IMG/VR virus record: IMGVR_UViG_3300049982_000266
Reading direction: 5' to 3' (one strand)
Source: an uncultured virus (IMG/VR IMGVR_UViG_3300049982_000266)
Lineage: Duplodnaviria > Heunggongvirae > Uroviricota > Caudoviricetes
DNA length: 64,000 nt
The notes beneath the pieces are model-generated. The model was not told the origin of the DNA and made no database searches. It saw only the letters and a list, made by a program, of their open reading frames with translations. The position numbers and the translations under genes were made by a program. Below, in pieces: positions 45,634-55,101 of the stretch. The stretch's first letter is position 1. Every line of letters starts with the position of its first letter.

Positions 45634-46251
45634 TCACGGGCAGTCCGCCCGCAGGGCGTCGATCGCCGCCGTGTCCTCCGGGCTGAAGGACAGACGGTAC
45701 TTCCGCTTGATCTTGACGTAGGTGTCGACGTACAGGCAGGTGCCGGACGGGTCCGGCGGCTCCCACGCCGACGGGCCTCGGTCGCCCTTGCGGGCGTTCT
45801 CCCGACCCTCGACGGCGAGCAGGTTCTCGGGGTCGTTCGCGAAGGCGACGCGCCGGTCACGCCCCCACTCCGAGGCGCCGTGGCGGTAGGCGTCCGAGAG
45901 CGCGACGACGTGGTCGATCTGCACGTCGTCGCTCGTGCCGGTGCCCCGGATGAAGGCGATGGTCCGGCCCGTGTACGGGTCGTCGAGCACACCCTGGAGC
46001 ACCGTGCAGTCGTCGTCGGCGACGACCTCGGCGCGCAGGTCGCGGGCGAGCACGTCGTTGCGGGTGTCGCACCCGTTGCCGTCAGGGTCGCGCCAGCCGG
46101 AGCCGAACACCTCGCGGACGTACGGCGGGCTGTCGACGGAGATCCGGCCGGTGACGAGCCCGTCGTCCTGCGCGACCTCGAAGCCGATGGCGCCGACCGT
46201 GACCAGCGCCAGCGCGGCGACCACGGCGCCGCCGGTGGCGGGCCGCCTCAC
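45634..46251 (-). CDS. Secreted HNH / DUF1524-family endonuclease
   Basis: N-terminal signal-like segment; 'NGCDTRNDVLARD...DPYTG...IDHVVALSDA...FANDPENLLAV...N..KGD..P..W.P'. Confidence 0.88.
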   Translation of the reverse strand: MRRPATGGAVVAALALVTVGAIGFEVAQDDGLVTGRISVDSPPYVREVFGSGWRDPDGNGCDTRNDVLARDLRAEVVADDDCTVLQGVLDDPYTGRTIAFIRGTGTSDDVQIDHVVALSDAYRHGASEWGRDRRVAFANDPENLLAVEGRENARKGDRGPSAWEPPDPSGTCLYVDTYVKIKRKYRLSFSPEDTAAIDALRADCP

Positions 46252-46889
46252 GGGCGCAGCGGGTCCAGTGCCCGCCCCGTGAAGGGCTCAGGGCGCGTCT
46301 CGGCCCCGAGGTACAGCGGGTGGCCGGGGAAGCCCGCCTGCGTCGTCTTCAGGGCCAGCAGGCGGTCTCCGAGCAGGTCGACCATCTCGGCGTGCCGGGA
46401 GCGCCAGGACGCGGACTCCAGCCCGCGCGGCTTGCGCCTGCCCGCCCGGTTGACCGCCCCGGCGTGGTGGCCCCAGCCCGCGACGACCTGCGCGGGCTGG
46501 CACGCCTCCAGCATCGCCAGGATGACCTCGTCGTTGAGCGGCCCGCACGGCGGCACGCCTCCATGCGCGCCGTCGAACGAGCGGTAGATGCCGCGCGGGT
46601 CGGTGCTGCGCAGCGCGAAGGCGTTGAGCACGAGCAGCCCGCCTGAGCCCCAGTCGCGGGCGAAGCCGAGGCAGCGCCGGACGGTCGGGTCGACGACAAA
46701 GGCGTCGGCCGTCGAGGGGTTGAGCATGACGAAGGCGGTCATCGGCAGGTCGGGGTTCCAGCGCCGCGCCAGGGCGTACCGGTAGACCCGGTCGGCGCTG
46801 AAGACGGCCGTGCCCGCGCCCCACTCCGGGTGCGGCTTGTCGGCGACCTCGGTGACGAGCCCGCCGGTGCGCAAGCCCATGACGCTCAC
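46248..46889 (-). CDS. DUF1643 family protein
   Basis: 'YRYAL.R.W...FVMLNPSTADA..DPTVRRC..FA..WG...NAFA.RSTDP...GWG...HPLY'. Confidence 0.9.
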   Translation of the reverse strand: MSVMGLRTGGLVTEVADKPHPEWGAGTAVFSADRVYRYALARRWNPDLPMTAFVMLNPSTADAFVVDPTVRRCLGFARDWGSGGLLVLNAFALRSTDPRGIYRSFDGAHGGVPPCGPLNDEVILAMLEACQPAQVVAGWGHHAGAVNRAGRRKPRGLESASWRSRHAEMVDLLGDRLLALKTTQAGFPGHPLYLGAETRPEPFTGRALDPLRP

Positions 46890-47152
46890 GCGGCCTCGGT
46901 CTCGTGCTCCAGGACGGACAGGGACGCGCCGTTCGGCACGGCGAGCCCGACACCCCGCAGGTAGGTGATCGCGGCCTCCAGGGCGTGCTCCGGGTCGCTG
47001 GCGTGCACGGTGAACAGCAGCGCCGCGCAGCCGAAGCCGGGGGCGCCGAGCATGCCTCCCTCGGGGAGCGCGTCGATCGCGTCCTCGAAGGCGCCGAGGT
47101 AAGCCTCGCTGCCGGTCAACGTCACGGCGTACTCCCGCTGCACGTTGCCCAT
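46886..47152 (-). CDS. Hypothetical protein, possible HicB-like antitoxin
   Basis: Acidic 88 aa, 'FTVHA.D...ALEAA', directly downstream of the HicA-like gene; GAGGAGG RBS. Confidence 0.45.
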   Translation of the reverse strand: MGNVQREYAVTLTGSEAYLGAFEDAIDALPEGGMLGAPGFGCAALLFTVHASDPEHALEAAITYLRGVGLAVPNGASLSVLEHETEAA

Positions 47153-47187
47153 GACGGTCCTCCTCGTGTTGATGGCGCTGACGGTGC

Positions 47188-47466
47188 TCAGAGTCGCACC
47201 CCCGCCCGCGCTAGTTCGCGCCGAGAGTTGCGGTCTCCCCGGTGGTCGCTCGGGGTGAGCGCGAAGGACACCGGCCGGACCAGCGGGCCGTCGCCTTTGA
47301 AGGTGACCTCCCCGTGAACCGGCGAGCCCTGCGCGTCAACCACGTGGCGCAGTCCGCGCGGCGGGCTCCAGCGCGGGTGCCCCTTCGCTGTGGGGTCGAA
47401 CTCCCAGCCTGCCGCGCGGCAGGCGTCGTGCACGTCCCGCAGGCGGCGGGGCACGTCGATCGGCAT
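47188..47466 (-). CDS. HicA-like (dsRBD-fold) toxin
   Basis: 'AAGWEF...KGH.RW.PP...V.F..TPSD.RG.RN...L.RAGV'. Confidence 0.65.
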   Translation of the reverse strand: MPIDVPRRLRDVHDACRAAGWEFDPTAKGHPRWSPPRGLRHVVDAQGSPVHGEVTFKGDGPLVRPVSFALTPSDHRGDRNSRRELARAGVRL

Positions 47467-47591
47467 GTGGATCTCCTCGTCGTGGTTGGGGGTCGCTCTC
47501 CCCCGTGACTCCATCACCGTACACCGGCTTACCGACAGAACGAGGGCGACCCGCCGAGGAAGTCTCGACGGGCCGTCCGACAGTCCGTGGC

Positions 47592-47738
47592 TCAGCAGCC
47601 AGGCGGCCAGCCCCTCGCGGGCGGGAAGCCGCCCTTGCGGCGCCACTCGCGCAGGTCCGCCAGGGCGGCTCGCGCCTCCTCGGCGTCGCCGTCGGCGGCA
47701 GCGCGCGCCCAGCGGGAGCGGCAGGCGTCGGGGTCCAT
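47592..47738 (-). CDS. Small hypothetical protein
   Basis: 'MDPDAC...L.EW..KGGFPP' short phage-type ORF. Confidence 0.55.
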   Translation of the reverse strand: MDPDACRSRWARAAADGDAEEARAALADLREWRRKGGFPPARGWPPGC

Positions 47739-47740
47739 CG

Positions 47741-48085
47741 TCACCCCCCCGCTGCGACGTGGTCGCGGACGCTGACGCGCTCGCGAGTCGGGACGGTCCA
47801 GGACCGGGTCGGCAGGTGGAAGACGCCGACCGAGGTGTTGACGCGCGGGCCGCTCAGCAGCGAGATCTTCCGGCGCTCGGCGTTGACGCGCTTGACCAGC
47901 GCCTTGCGGTCGTTCGTCCGGAAGACCACGACGGCCTGCGCCGGGACGTCCTCCCACACGGCTGCACCGTCGGAGGTGTGGCGGCCGAGGAAGCGGCTGA
48001 AGGGCGGGACGTCGAGCACGACGGCCCACGTCTTGCGCGCCTCGCAGCGCACCTTCGCGCCGTTCGCGGTGACGATCATCGGCAT
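47741..48085 (-). CDS. Hypothetical protein
   Basis: GGGAG RBS; preceded by a class-A motif. Confidence 0.55.
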   Translation of the reverse strand: MPMIVTANGAKVRCEARKTWAVVLDVPPFSRFLGRHTSDGAAVWEDVPAQAVVVFRTNDRKALVKRVNAERRKISLLSGPRVNTSVGVFHLPTRSWTVPTRERVSVRDHVAAGG

Positions 48086-48389
48086 GGCGGCTCCCGTGCT
48101 CGGGGACCGGTCGCTCCCCGGTCCATCCAGGGGACCGTACACCTGCTTAGCGCGAGGTGGCAAGCCGCCCCGCGCCGACCCTCAACCTCTACCTGAGGGT
48201 TACTTCGTCTCCAGGGCGGGCGGCCACGTCTTCGCCGCCTCGGGCTCCAGATCGGTCAGCAGGTAGTGGCCGGAGTTGCCCGAGTCCAGCCGCACGTAGC
48301 GCCGGGTACAGTCGCCCTTGCCGACCGTCTCGTACGCCTCGCCCCGGTGACGGCCGCGCACGATGACGCGCTCCCCGGCCGGACGGCCC

Positions 48390-48743
48390 TCAGTGGTCGT
48401 GAGCACGGGTCTTCCTCTCGGCACGGTGCTCGCGCCACGCGAGCACCTGGAAGGTGAACATGCTGCGGCTCGCCAGGAGCGCCGCCGCGAGCCCCGCCAG
48501 CGTCAGCGGCAGGCGCCACGTCAGCCCCTCGCCGTACCGGTCGAACTGCTCGATCACGCACTGTCCGGCGAAGCAGATGTAGGACACGAGCGCGAACATG
48601 CTCGGGCGCTCGACCATCACCGGGCCATGCTCGCTGCGCTGCTCGAAGCGCTCCTGCACGGCCTTGAAGATGATGAGCACGAGGATGATGCCGAAGCCAG
48701 TGACAAGGGCTCGGGCGAGGTCGAGCAGGAACACGTAGGACAT
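48390..48743 (-). CDS. Membrane protein, paralog 1 of 3
   Basis: Three hydrophobic segments; 'LDLARAL...EQ...TWRLPL'. Confidence 0.7.
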   Translation of the reverse strand: MSYVFLLDLARALVTGFGIILVLIIFKAVQERFEQRSEHGPVMVERPSMFALVSYICFAGQCVIEQFDRYGEGLTWRLPLTLAGLAAALLASRSMFTFQVLAWREHRAERKTRAHDH

Positions 48744-48752
48744 GGCCCGACG

Positions 48753-49253
48753 CTACGCCGGGTCAGCGGGCAGCGTCGCGCCGTAGCCGGTCTCCTCGCG
48801 CAGCAGCCGGACGAAGGTGGCCGGGTCGCGCCCGGCCTTGCTCCAGCCCTGCGCGTCGCGCGTCAGCCACTCCTCCAGCAGCAGGTCGAGGGCGCTGCGC
48901 CCCCGGCCGTGGGGTTCGGTCGGCCGGTCGCCGACGTACTCGGGCAGCACGTAGACCTTGCAGCGGTCGCGGGCCAGCGAGAGCCGGGCGATCGCCCCTT
49001 CCTTGTGGAGCACGGACAGGGTGCCGCTCGCGGTGCCGTGGTGCCAGCCGGTGTGCGCGGCCAGTTCCTTCCACGTGCAGCCGTGCCCCATCGCACCCCT
49101 CAGCGCCCTCAGGGCGTCCCGCTGGCGCTTGCGGGTGGTGCCGTCCCCGTCGGCCTCGATCGCCCGCCTGGCGGACGTCTCGGACCCGCTCCAGCCGGAC
49201 GTCCCGGCGTAGGGAGTCAGGGGCTCCTCGGGCTCTCCGTCGAAGTCGGTCAC
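48753..49253 (-). CDS. Winged-helix-like hypothetical protein
   Basis: 'GCTWKELA..TGWHHGTASGTLSVLHKEG.I.RL...R..C.VYV'. Confidence 0.65.
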   Translation of the reverse strand: MTDFDGEPEEPLTPYAGTSGWSGSETSARRAIEADGDGTTRKRQRDALRALRGAMGHGCTWKELAAHTGWHHGTASGTLSVLHKEGAIARLSLARDRCKVYVLPEYVGDRPTEPHGRGRSALDLLLEEWLTRDAQGWSKAGRDPATFVRLLREETGYGATLPADPA

Positions 49254-49504
49254 GATGCGATCTCCTCGGGGCTCGGGTCGTACAGGGCTTCGTAGCGCAG
49301 CAGCAGGGCGCGCAGCATCCCGTTCTCCTCGCGCAGTTCGGTGACCTCGTCCTCGGCCGCCTCGTAGTGCTCGGCCAGCCGGTCGTGCGCCGCGAGCAGG
49401 TTGCCGAGCGTCTTGACCTTGACCGGGTTGGGATCGTCGTCGCCGCGCTGCGCGATGACCCGACGGGCGACGCTGACGGCGCGCACGGCGTCGTGCTCGG
49501 TCAT
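49250..49504 (-). CDS. Hypothetical coiled-coil protein
   Basis: Coupled start and stop. Confidence 0.5.
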   Translation of the reverse strand: MTEHDAVRAVSVARRVIAQRGDDDPNPVKVKTLGNLLAAHDRLAEHYEAAEDEVTELREENGMLRALLLRYEALYDPSPEEIAS

Positions 49505-49956
49505 CACGGGCGCTCGCCCTTCGCCAGTCGCCGGTCGATCTCGGCGGCGATGAGGGCGCCCGCCTTGACGAGCATGCGGAGCGCGGTCGGGCCGGGCTTC
49601 CAGGCGTCCTCGCCCCACGGCCACATCGCCGGACTCGGCCCGGCCACCTCCCCGGCCGCCACCCGGTCGAGGTAGCACCACGCGGCCCATGCCAACTCGT
49701 CGGCGTGCTCAGCGTCGTGCTCGTCGGCGTAGCCCTCCTCGGTGTGCTGGCGGGCGCGCTCGGCCGAGATGAGGGCCGCGCCGGTCACCGGCTCCAGCCA
49801 CACGGGCCGTCCGGCGTCGAAGGCGGCGCGCGCCAGGTCCGGCGACAGCAGGTGCCCGCAGGCGCCGGTGAAGACGTGGCCGCCTCGCGGGTCGACCTTC
49901 CCGAGCACCTTCGCGAGCGGCTGCTCGCACTCCGGGCACTGCACGATCGCGGTCAC
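49504..49956 (-). CDS. Conserved phage protein (AERxRQ...WPW...LVKAGALI domain) with N-terminal Zn ribbon
   Basis: 'ISAERARQ..EEG...EHD...LA.AA.CY...WPW...WKP...LVKAGALIAAEIDR'. Confidence 0.7.
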   Translation of the reverse strand: MTAIVQCPECEQPLAKVLGKVDPRGGHVFTGACGHLLSPDLARAAFDAGRPVWLEPVTGAALISAERARQHTEEGYADEHDAEHADELAWAAWCYLDRVAAGEVAGPSPAMWPWGEDAWKPGPTALRMLVKAGALIAAEIDRRLAKGERP

Positions 49957-50264
49957 AGGCGTGCTCCTCGTCGGGTGGTGACGTCGACACAGCAGCGGCC
50001 GTCGTCGAGTCGGTGGAAGTAGAGGGTGGGGGCGTTCGCGACGAGCAGCACGGGGCTCATGCCGCCGATGTTCGTCCAGCCGTTCTCGGTCACGACCGAC
50101 CAGCGGAAGCGGCCCTCGGGGACGGGCTCGCCGGGCGCTCGGTCGGGCTGCTCGATCCACGCACGGCCCGTTTCGGGCAGCCTGCCCCCGGCGAGCAGCA
50201 CCGCCGCGTAGTTGCGACGGAGGCGGGCGACGAGCGCGTCCGAGGTGCGTCGGGAGACGTACAC
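49953..50264 (-). CDS. Hypothetical protein
   Basis: Tightly packed ORF with coupled stop. Confidence 0.5.
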   Translation of the reverse strand: MYVSRRTSDALVARLRRNYAAVLLAGGRLPETGRAWIEQPDRAPGEPVPEGRFRWSVVTENGWTNIGGMSPVLLVANAPTLYFHRLDDGRCCVDVTTRRGARL

Positions 50265-50265
50265 C

Positions 50266-50478
50266 TCAGGTCGCGACGACGTGCATGCCGACCCCGAAGT
50301 CGTGCTCGGTGGAGTCGCAGCCAGGGCCGTTCGAGCACTCCGACAGGACCACGGGCTCCCCGGCGTACTCGCCGCAGAGCGGGCAGTCGACGCCCTTGTC
50401 GGCGTCGGCCTGCGACACGGGCACGAAGCCGTCGTTGTCGCAGTCGAGCGCGGGTCCGGGGGTCAGGTCTTCAGCCAC
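50266..50478 (-). CDS. Small Cys-rich protein
   Basis: GTG 7 nt after TACGCT of a class-A motif; CxxC motifs. Confidence 0.55.
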   Translation of the reverse strand: MAEDLTPGPALDCDNDGFVPVSQADADKGVDCPLCGEYAGEPVVLSECSNGPGCDSTEHDFGVGMHVVAT

Positions 50479-50498
50479 GATCCCTAGCGTACAGGTGC

Positions 50499-50873
50499 TT
50501 AGCGGTAGGTCCAGGTCGGACGCGCCCGGCGACCGTCGTCGTTCTTCGCCCTGAAGCCCGGCACCTCGCAGTAGATGAGCGCGCTGTAGGTGCCGAGGGT
50601 GATGGCGACGACGCGCACCGGCAGCGGCCAGTCGGCGACGTGCCCGAGGCTGCGCAGTTCGAGCACCACGGCCAGGAAGACGAAGAGCGCGAAGGACAGC
50701 AGCGGCGTCACGATCATGTACGGCGGCGGGTAGCCCTCCTGCGCCGCCTCGGTGCCGCGCTTGTACGCGATCTTCACCACGAGCCCGACGAGCACGACGC
50801 CCAGCAGGGCCATGACACAGCGCACGACGTCCAGCCCGACGTAGGCAGTGAACGGCTCGACTGCGGGGTCCAT
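50499..50873 (-). CDS. Membrane protein, paralog 2 of 3
   Basis: 'LDVVRCV...LE...DWPLPV'; ATG 7 nt after TACCGT. Confidence 0.7.
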   Translation of the reverse strand: MDPAVEPFTAYVGLDVVRCVMALLGVVLVGLVVKIAYKRGTEAAQEGYPPPYMIVTPLLSFALFVFLAVVLELRSLGHVADWPLPVRVVAITLGTYSALIYCEVPGFRAKNDDGRRARPTWTYR

Positions 50874-50911
50874 GCGTCGCACGGTACGCTCCCCGGTTTC
50901 GGCCGTCAGCA

Positions 50912-51739
50912 CTAGGCGCTGTGGCGCTCCAGCGACGGGTACCTCACCGACCGCTTCGTGTCGACGAACACGACGTCCCTGGAGACGCCCAGTCGCTCGG
51001 CGATCTCGGTCGGCCCCAGCCCCTCGGCGAGCAGCCGGTGCACCTCGGCGCGGCGCTCGGCGACGTCCATCTTCGCGCGGAAGGCGGGGCTCTCGTCGTC
51101 GAGCGCGGCGCCGGGGATGAGGTTGCCCTTGTCGTCGTACGCCCCCGGCACGCGCCAGCCTGCACGCTTCGCGCGCATGGCGGTGATGGTGCTCGGGCCG
51201 CGTCGGTCGCCGATCTCACGGTACAGCCGGTCGATCCGGTCGGCGGTCGTGCGGGTCATCTTCTCGTACAGGTCGATGTCCCGGCAGTTCACGCCGACCT
51301 GCTTGGTCATCCACTCCAGGGTCCAGCCGAGCCGCTGGAGGCTGCCGATCTGCTGACGGGCGCGCTTGCGGTCGCCCCAGTAGGTCTTCGCCTGGATCTC
51401 CTCGGCGGTCAGCGCCAGCATCTTGCGCAACTGCGGGCGGCGGGTCTCCAGCGCGTGCCCGGCCAGGACGGGGTGCAGCACCTTCCAGGAGAGCCCCGAG
51501 GCGCGGGTGAGGTCGTTGATCGTGACACCGGGCTCCATGAGGCTCAGGAGGTGCGCCTGCGCCTTCGCGAGCATGTCGAAGACGTGGCCCTCCTCGCGCT
51601 GACGGAGGTCGCGGATGAGCCCGGCGCGGTTGTGCGCTCGCAGGCAGCAGTCGCCCTTGCAGCCCCGGAAGTACCCGCGCTCGGTGTTGTGCGGGAAGGC
51701 GGGGTCGGCCAGGACGGCAGGGTCAGCAGGCTTCGGCAT
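50912..51739 (-). CDS. Multi-HTH DNA-binding protein with N-terminal Cys/His motif
   Basis: 'HNTERGY.RGCK..CC', 'GVTINDLTRASGLS', 'GWTLEWM..QVG' and 'GLGPTEIAERLGVSRD.V'. Confidence 0.7.
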   Translation of the reverse strand: MPKPADPAVLADPAFPHNTERGYFRGCKGDCCLRAHNRAGLIRDLRQREEGHVFDMLAKAQAHLLSLMEPGVTINDLTRASGLSWKVLHPVLAGHALETRRPQLRKMLALTAEEIQAKTYWGDRKRARQQIGSLQRLGWTLEWMTKQVGVNCRDIDLYEKMTRTTADRIDRLYREIGDRRGPSTITAMRAKRAGWRVPGAYDDKGNLIPGAALDDESPAFRAKMDVAERRAEVHRLLAEGLGPTEIAERLGVSRDVVFVDTKRSVRYPSLERHSA

Positions 51740-51800
51740 GGATCTCCTCGGGGTGACGCCGGTCGCTCACCGGCAGCAGGGAGCGTACCCCGGCTTAGTC

Positions 51801-52064
51801 TCAGGCGTCGAGCCCGGAGGCGCGAGCGTCCTCGCGGGCCGCCTCCAGGATGACGTTGCGCATCGCCCGGCACTGCGCCAGCGTGTAGCCGTAGCGCGGC
51901 ACGCCGGGCAGTTCCGGGTCGTCGCGCAGGCGGACGCCGACCTGCCCGAGCACGCGCGGCGCGGACAGCGGCAGCACGAGGGTGCGCTTGCGCTTGCGGG
52001 CTCCCTCGGCCGTCGCGATGGTCTCGTCGAGGATGCCCAGCATCTCCGTGATGGCGAGCCCCAT
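51801..52064 (-). CDS. Hypothetical protein
   Basis: Coupled to the upstream stop. Confidence 0.5.
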   Translation of the reverse strand: MGLAITEMLGILDETIATAEGARKRKRTLVLPLSAPRVLGQVGVRLRDDPELPGVPRYGYTLAQCRAMRNVILEAAREDARASGLDA

Positions 52065-52558
52065 CACGCCCCCAGCGCTTCGAGCAGGTCCGGCTCGGGC
52101 TCGTCGACACCGCCGCGCGCGTCCCGCTCGGCCTGCTCGCGCGCCCACGGCATCGCGACGGCGTACGCGGCGTCGAGGCGCTGCTGCTCGCGCACGGCCA
52201 GCCCGCTCTCAGCCAGCGTCTCGATCCCGGCCTCCAGGTGCTCGGCGATCTGCTGCACGCGACGCGGGGTCGCGTTGAGGCGGCACAGCCCGAGGTAGCG
52301 CAGCGCGTCGGTCAGCGACGGCAGGGGGAGCGGCTGCTCGGCGATCTGGCGGGCGGCTTCCGGCGCGAGGTCGTTGACGACGCACAGCGCCGAGCAGTAC
52401 CACTGCGCGCGCTTCGCGATGCCGTCCGGCATGGCGACGTACAGGCGGATCCAGCCGACAGGTGGGTGCCCCTGCCCTCGGCTCTCGCCGCAGCGGGGGG
52501 TCGGACAGACCGACCCCTCCGGCGGCCACTTCTCGTGCTCGGAGAACGCCTTAGCCAC
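52064..52558 (-). CDS. Hypothetical Zn-binding protein
   Basis: AGGAGG RBS; 'CPTPRC...YCSALC'. Confidence 0.55.
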   Translation of the reverse strand: MAKAFSEHEKWPPEGSVCPTPRCGESRGQGHPPVGWIRLYVAMPDGIAKRAQWYCSALCVVNDLAPEAARQIAEQPLPLPSLTDALRYLGLCRLNATPRRVQQIAEHLEAGIETLAESGLAVREQQRLDAAYAVAMPWAREQAERDARGGVDEPEPDLLEALGA

Positions 52559-53024
52559 GGAACCTCCTGCGGGCGTAGCACTGGCAGCAGACGTCGCGTT
52601 GCTGCCCGGCGGGGTGCCACCAATGCCCGCCCGAGCGGCGGCAGCGCAGGCGGCCCAGCAGCGACGGCGGCTGGCCGATGACGACCTCGACGAAGGCGAC
52701 GCCCATCGCCTCGCGGCGCGGCGTCTCGCGCACGAGGTGGTCCGGGTGGTCGCCGGGTTGCGGCTGCCGGTACTCAGCAAGCGCGGACATGCTTTCCCTT
52801 CGGGCCGCCCTGGCGGGGGCCGCCGTGGCGCATGTAGTCGGCGTAGCGGATCGCGTGGACGCGCTCGCGCTCCTCGGGGGTGACGCCGTGCTGGTGGTCG
52901 TGTCCGGCGCGCTTCGCCGCGCGCTTGCTCGGGAAGCCCTCCTGGATCACGCCGCAGGGGCAGCCGAACCACGCACCCGCGAACGGATCGCTCCCGACCG
53001 TCGGCGTGCCGCAGGGGGGCGCCG

Positions 53025-53372
53025 TCACTTGCCGACCTGGCGCAGCGCGCCGTCCGGGCTCAGGTGCGGGCCGAGGTGGTGGCGCCGCTCTAGGCAGTCC
53101 ATGTCGCACTTGCGCGCCCCGCAGACCGTGCAGCGGGTCGCCTTGCCCGGTCCCCACGTGCCGCCGATGACCGAGCCGAGCGTCAGGTCGGCGTCGGCGA
53201 CATGACCGCCCTGGCCGGGCGGCGCCCACTCCACCCACACGTGCGCGTGGTTGCCCGAGCACTGGTCGCAGGTGCCGCCGGGGTTGTCCGAGGGGTGCCG
53301 GTGCCCGTAGCACTCGGGGACGACCGGCCACGGCGGAACGGACGGGTCGCGCTCGGTCATGGCGGGGATCAT
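53025..53372 (-). CDS. Cys/His-rich hypothetical protein
   Basis: Multiple CxxC/H motifs; ATGA coupling. Confidence 0.5.
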   Translation of the reverse strand: MIPAMTERDPSVPPWPVVPECYGHRHPSDNPGGTCDQCSGNHAHVWVEWAPPGQGGHVADADLTLGSVIGGTWGPGKATRCTVCGARKCDMDCLERRHHLGPHLSPDGALRQVGK

Positions 53373-53770
53373 CGCACGCGCTTGGTCGTGCAGTAGCCAC
53401 CCGACACGCGACAGGTCGGCGGTGGCGGGTCGTCGGGCTCGAAGGGCTGCCCGCAGTCGACGCACGCCAGGACGGGCGTCTCGCCGTTGCGGCCCTCGTG
53501 GTCCCACGTCGACCCGCACTGCTCGCAGCGCCAGCCGTCGGCGTCGACCTCGCAGTCGACGAGGTCGCCGGTCTTCGCTCGGCAGACCGGGCAGTGCATC
53601 GTCACCTCGACCTCGCCGTCGGGCGCGGCCGTCGAGTGCGGCCGGACGGTGATCGGGCCGTTGTGCGGCGGCCCCTCCAGGACCGGGCCGTAGGAGTAGA
53701 GCGTGAGGTCGGTGATGGCGCGCACGCCGTCCTCGCGCTCCTCGCTCGCGTTGACGCGGTACTCGGTCAC
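53369..53770 (-). CDS. Multi-Zn-ribbon hypothetical protein
   Basis: CPVC, CEQC, CVDC; GTGA coupling. Confidence 0.55.
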   Translation of the reverse strand: MTEYRVNASEEREDGVRAITDLTLYSYGPVLEGPPHNGPITVRPHSTAAPDGEVEVTMHCPVCRAKTGDLVDCEVDADGWRCEQCGSTWDHEGRNGETPVLACVDCGQPFEPDDPPPPTCRVSGGYCTTKRVR

Positions 53771-54687
53771 TGGTCGTCGACTCCCTTGATCGGCAGGGCG
53801 GCCCCCAGGTTCTGCTCCCGGCTGTCGCGCAGGCGGTCGGCCGCGTCGCGCAACTGCTTCTCGGCGCGCTCCATGTCGTGCGTCGCCCGCTGCACGGCCT
53901 CGTCGCCGCGCAGGGCTGCGCGCACGACGTTGCCGATGTGCTCGGTCCGGCCGAGCCCCAGCCCCCGGAAGCCGGTCAACTGGATCCCGGCGTGCTGCTC
54001 GAACGTCCACTGCACGTTGCGCATCTCGGCCAGTTGCCCCTCCAGCGTCGCGATCCGCTGGCGCATGTTCGCGGTGTTGCGGTCGTGGGCGGTCTCGGCC
54101 GCCTTGTAACCCTGCTGGTAGGCGGCCTGGATCTCCTCGGGCGTGCTCTCGCGGCGCGAGCCCGGCACGGCCCCGGCAGCGCGGAGCATCTGCACGAGCC
54201 ACGAGCGGTTGATCATGCGCTGCTCGGGGGTCAACTCCTGGCGCGGTGCCTGTTTCACCACACGCAGGGTGCCGAGCGTCTTCGCGCCGGTCTCCTCGTC
54301 GACCTTCGGTGCGGTCGCGGCCAGCAGCCCCCAGCCGTGCGGCAGATCGTCCTTCACGATCGCCGGGTCGGCGACGACCATCCAGAAGTAGTCGACGCGC
54401 TCACCGAAGACCTCGGCCTTCGCCGGGTTGCGCAGTTCGGCGAGGTAGTCGCTGCGCGAGCACTTGACCTCGAAGGCGTGCAGGTCGAAGCCCCGGCTCT
54501 TCCACAGCCCCAGCGCCAGCGCGTCGATCGTGCGCCTGCCGTCGAAGCCCGCCGCGTCGCGCACGTGCGTCAGGAAGGCGAACTCGCCCGAGCCGCCGTT
54601 GCCGTCGCGGGTATGCCGGGTCTCCAGCATCCGCAGCATCTCGGCCTCGGTGTAGAGCGGCCGGGCGCGCTGCTTCGAGGCGGTCAC
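53767..54687 (-). CDS. MmcB-like PD-(D/E)xK nuclease with C-terminal coiled coil
   Basis: 'RTIDALAL.LW.SRG...AFEVKCSRSDYLAEL..PAKA...D.FW.V...DDLP.GWGL'. Confidence 0.8.
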   Translation of the reverse strand: MTASKQRARPLYTEAEMLRMLETRHTRDGNGGSGEFAFLTHVRDAAGFDGRRTIDALALGLWKSRGFDLHAFEVKCSRSDYLAELRNPAKAEVFGERVDYFWMVVADPAIVKDDLPHGWGLLAATAPKVDEETGAKTLGTLRVVKQAPRQELTPEQRMINRSWLVQMLRAAGAVPGSRRESTPEEIQAAYQQGYKAAETAHDRNTANMRQRIATLEGQLAEMRNVQWTFEQHAGIQLTGFRGLGLGRTEHIGNVVRAALRGDEAVQRATHDMERAEKQLRDAADRLRDSREQNLGAALPIKGVDDQ

Positions 54688-54956
54688 TGGCGGACTCTTC
54701 CGTCGTCGGTGATGCAGCAGGCGCCGACGTAGCCGGGGCCGATCCGGCGGCCGAGCCCGCGCATCGGGTCGCCGACGGCGATCGCCTCTCCGCACTGCAC
54801 GCACTCCCCACCCCACCGGGCGGCGAAGACGGACGGGAGGCGCAGCAGGCGGGCCTTGCGTGCCCGCTCAGCGGCCTCCCCGCCGTCCCGGCCGGTGCAG
54901 TCGGCGCACTGGTCCAGGATCATGTCGTGGCGCTCGCAGCGCTCCTCGGTGCTCAC
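54684..54956 (-). CDS. Cys-rich hypothetical protein
   Basis: 'CERHDM...CADC...ARWGGEC..CG..I..GD'. Confidence 0.55.
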   Translation of the reverse strand: MSTEERCERHDMILDQCADCTGRDGGEAAERARKARLLRLPSVFAARWGGECVQCGEAIAVGDPMRGLGRRIGPGYVGACCITDDGRVRQ

Positions 54957-55101
54957 CGGCCGATGAGGGAGTTGATGACGCGGTCGACGCGGTCGCGGAC
55001 GAGGCGGACCTCCACCCCGGCCGGGCTCCATGCGGCGTCAGCGCGCCAGCCGTTCGTCTTGTCGCTCACGTGTCTCCTCGCAGGTCGCTGCGCGCTGTGC
55101 G

